Shown piece after piece: positions 62,420 to 64,000 of a stretch of 64,000 nucleotides of DNA (within the stretch, counting starts at the first letter, position 1; each line of letters starts with the position of its first letter). The translations under genes were made by a program, and so were the position numbers. Source of the DNA: a bacterium (GTDB lineage: Bacteria > Synergistota > GBS-1); NCBI GenBank assembly GCA_030153785.1, contig JASKLF010000004.1, positions 91,797 through 155,796 of the forward strand. Direction: 5' to 3'. Below the pieces are notes generated by a model. The model made no database searches, was not told the DNA's origin, and worked only from the letters and a program-made list of their open reading frames with translations.

Positions 62420-63400
62420 GTGTTTTTAAGGTGTCCTGTTTGTGAACGGGAAGTTGAAGAGGGAAAATATACCGAGACCTATGTTTCTCCGTTTAATAAT
62501 CAGGAATACAAGCTTTATCATTGCAATTCCTGTGACCTTCAATGGTGGGAGCCTCTAAAGATTATCCCGGAGTTCTATGAAAATGAGGGGGAAGAAGGTT
62601 ATCTGGTTTTTCATTTGGGAATTAGGGAGGAACTCAGAGAAGATCACAAGATTTTTTTCGATAAATTACCCCTTAAGTCTGGCAGGCTTTTAGATGTGGG
62701 CTGTGGAGATGGAATTTTCCTTAAAGAAGCTGAGAAAGCGGGTTTCGATGTCTGGGGAATAGACCTTGACAAGAAAAGCATAGAGGTATGCCAAAAAAAG
62801 TGGGGCTTGAGAAACACCTTCCCTATGAGCCTGAAGGAGTTTGCCACATACGCTGAGGAGAGAAATTTAAAGTTTGATGTTATCACCTTCTTTGGGGTGC
62901 TTGAGCATCAGGATAATCCAAAGGAGTTTTTGATGTTAGTCAGAGATCTGCTTAAATCAAGGGGGATAGTAATAGGTAGTGTCCCCAATAGAGAAAGTTG
63001 GTTTATGAAGATTGTTTATTCTAAGCGTTTTCCAAACGTATATTATCCTCCTCACCATTTCTTGCTCTTTTCTAAATCTAGTTTGGCTAATTTATTTTCC
63101 ACATGTGGTTTTAAGGAATGCTTTATCGTTTCTACTCCACAAAAGATTAGAGATATAACATATTGTCTAAATACTTTAATCTTGGGAAACAATGTGATGA
63201 GGAAGGTTAAAAAAATCCTTTTTGGTAGCGAGTTATTTGGAGAGGGAACCCTAATTTACAGGCAGACTTCCGTAACTAAAAAAACCATCTTCAAGTTTCT
63301 GAAGCTTATCAGAGATTTTATATTCTTTTTCCCTGCCATTATAATTCGATATACATCGCAGGGTATGCTATTTTATTTTCAGTTTAAGAATCATGAGTAG
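62420..63400 (+). CDS. class I SAM methyltransferase with N-terminal zinc ribbon
   Basis: CPVC…CNSC, LLDVGCGDG, VLEH and PPHH motifs. Confidence 0.88.
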   Translation: MFLRCPVCEREVEEGKYTETYVSPFNNQEYKLYHCNSCDLQWWEPLKIIPEFYENEGEEGYLVFHLGIREELREDHKIFFDKLPLKSGRLLDVGCGDGIFLKEAEKAGFDVWGIDLDKKSIEVCQKKWGLRNTFPMSLKEFATYAEERNLKFDVITFFGVLEHQDNPKEFLMLVRDLLKSRGIVIGSVPNRESWFMKIVYSKRFPNVYYPPHHFLLFSKSSLANLFSTCGFKECFIVSTPQKIRDITYCLNTLILGNNVMRKVKKILFGSELFGEGTLIYRQTSVTKKTIFKFLKLIRDFIFFFPAIIIRYTSQGMLFYFQFKNHE

Positions 63401-64000
63401 GCTTATCCTTATTCCCCATTTAGGCTCTGGTGGGGCAGAGAGAGTAGCCGTAAATTTGTTTAGGGCTTTAGGCTTTGAGGGGGTCATAACTTTTGAAAAC
63501 AGGGTAGCGTATGATTTACCATCTGAGAAAGTGGAATGTATTGAGAGTCCGGCTTCAGATAGTTTAACTAAAAAATTTTTAAACTTTCCTGTGCGATTTT
63601 GGAAAATCAGGGCAATAAAGAAGAAATTTGGTTCTAGATTAACATTAAGTTTTCTTGAGCCAGCCAATTTGTTTAATGTGTTAACCAAAAGTTCCACGGA
63701 AAGGGTGGTTTTATCTTTTCGTGGGCATTATTCGAATGATATTAGTCATAGTCCTTTTTGGGGAAGGGGTATTACCAAATATTTGGTTGTTTTTCTTTAT
63801 AAAATCGCGTTTAGACTTTTTTACAACAGGGCAGACCTGATGGTAGCTGTTTCTCATTCTGCGAGGAAAGACCTTGTGGAGAACTTTCATCTTGACCCTC
63901 GGAAAATAGAGGTTATCTATAATCCCGTATTTTTGGATGAGGTGGTTTCAAGAAGCGGGGAGGGCTTGGGTGAGCATGAGATTCTTTTTAAGTTCCCCAC
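63393..64000 (+). CDS. GT4-family glycosyltransferase, truncated by window end (absent from ORF track)
   Basis: MSRLILIPHLGSGGAERVAVNL…YNRADLMVAVS…KIEVIYNP; frame open to the window end. Confidence 0.85.
   Translation, partial: MSRLILIPHLGSGGAERVAVNLFRALGFEGVITFENRVAYDLPSEKVECIESPASDSLTKKFLNFPVRFWKIRAIKKKFGSRLTLSFLEPANLFNVLTKSSTERVVLSFRGHYSNDISHSPFWGRGITKYLVVFLYKIAFRLFYNRADLMVAVSHSARKDLVENFHLDPRKIEVIYNPVFLDEVVSRSGEGLGEHEILFKFP

Overview
A very gene-dense bacterial chromosomal window of mostly housekeeping genes. Lys/Glu-rich proteins suggest a thermophile, and the FtsH and HisR sequences look Synergistota-like (inference only). In order it contains: an RND pump with a CxxCxxCC gene; ccdA and a TlpA-like gene; a histidine locus (hisZGDCBHAF, an inverted ROK kinase, then hisIE-hisR-HAD); a TRAP system with a Zn-dependent dehydrogenase; rubrerythrin-VIT1; two Met tRNAs and tilS-hpt-ftsH; uvrB/uvrA; rlmB; polX, mrp and pbp1A; a PLP lyase-EamA-RidA operon; six tRNAs and tig-clpPX-lon-engB-valS-folC-cca; galU-glmS-trxB; and the start of a methyltransferase-rich surface glycan locus. 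I saw no CRISPR array, prophage, transposase or rRNA. Items not visible in the ORF track: hisB and polX both appear to start at CTG, dctP carries an in-frame TAG at a likely Trp codon, a 52-aa membrane microprotein ORF sits at 52561-52719, both his promoters share a candidate HisR box, and the tRNA nucleotidyltransferase looks like a CC-only enzyme. I found no single clearly novel multi-gene system; the best candidates are modest.
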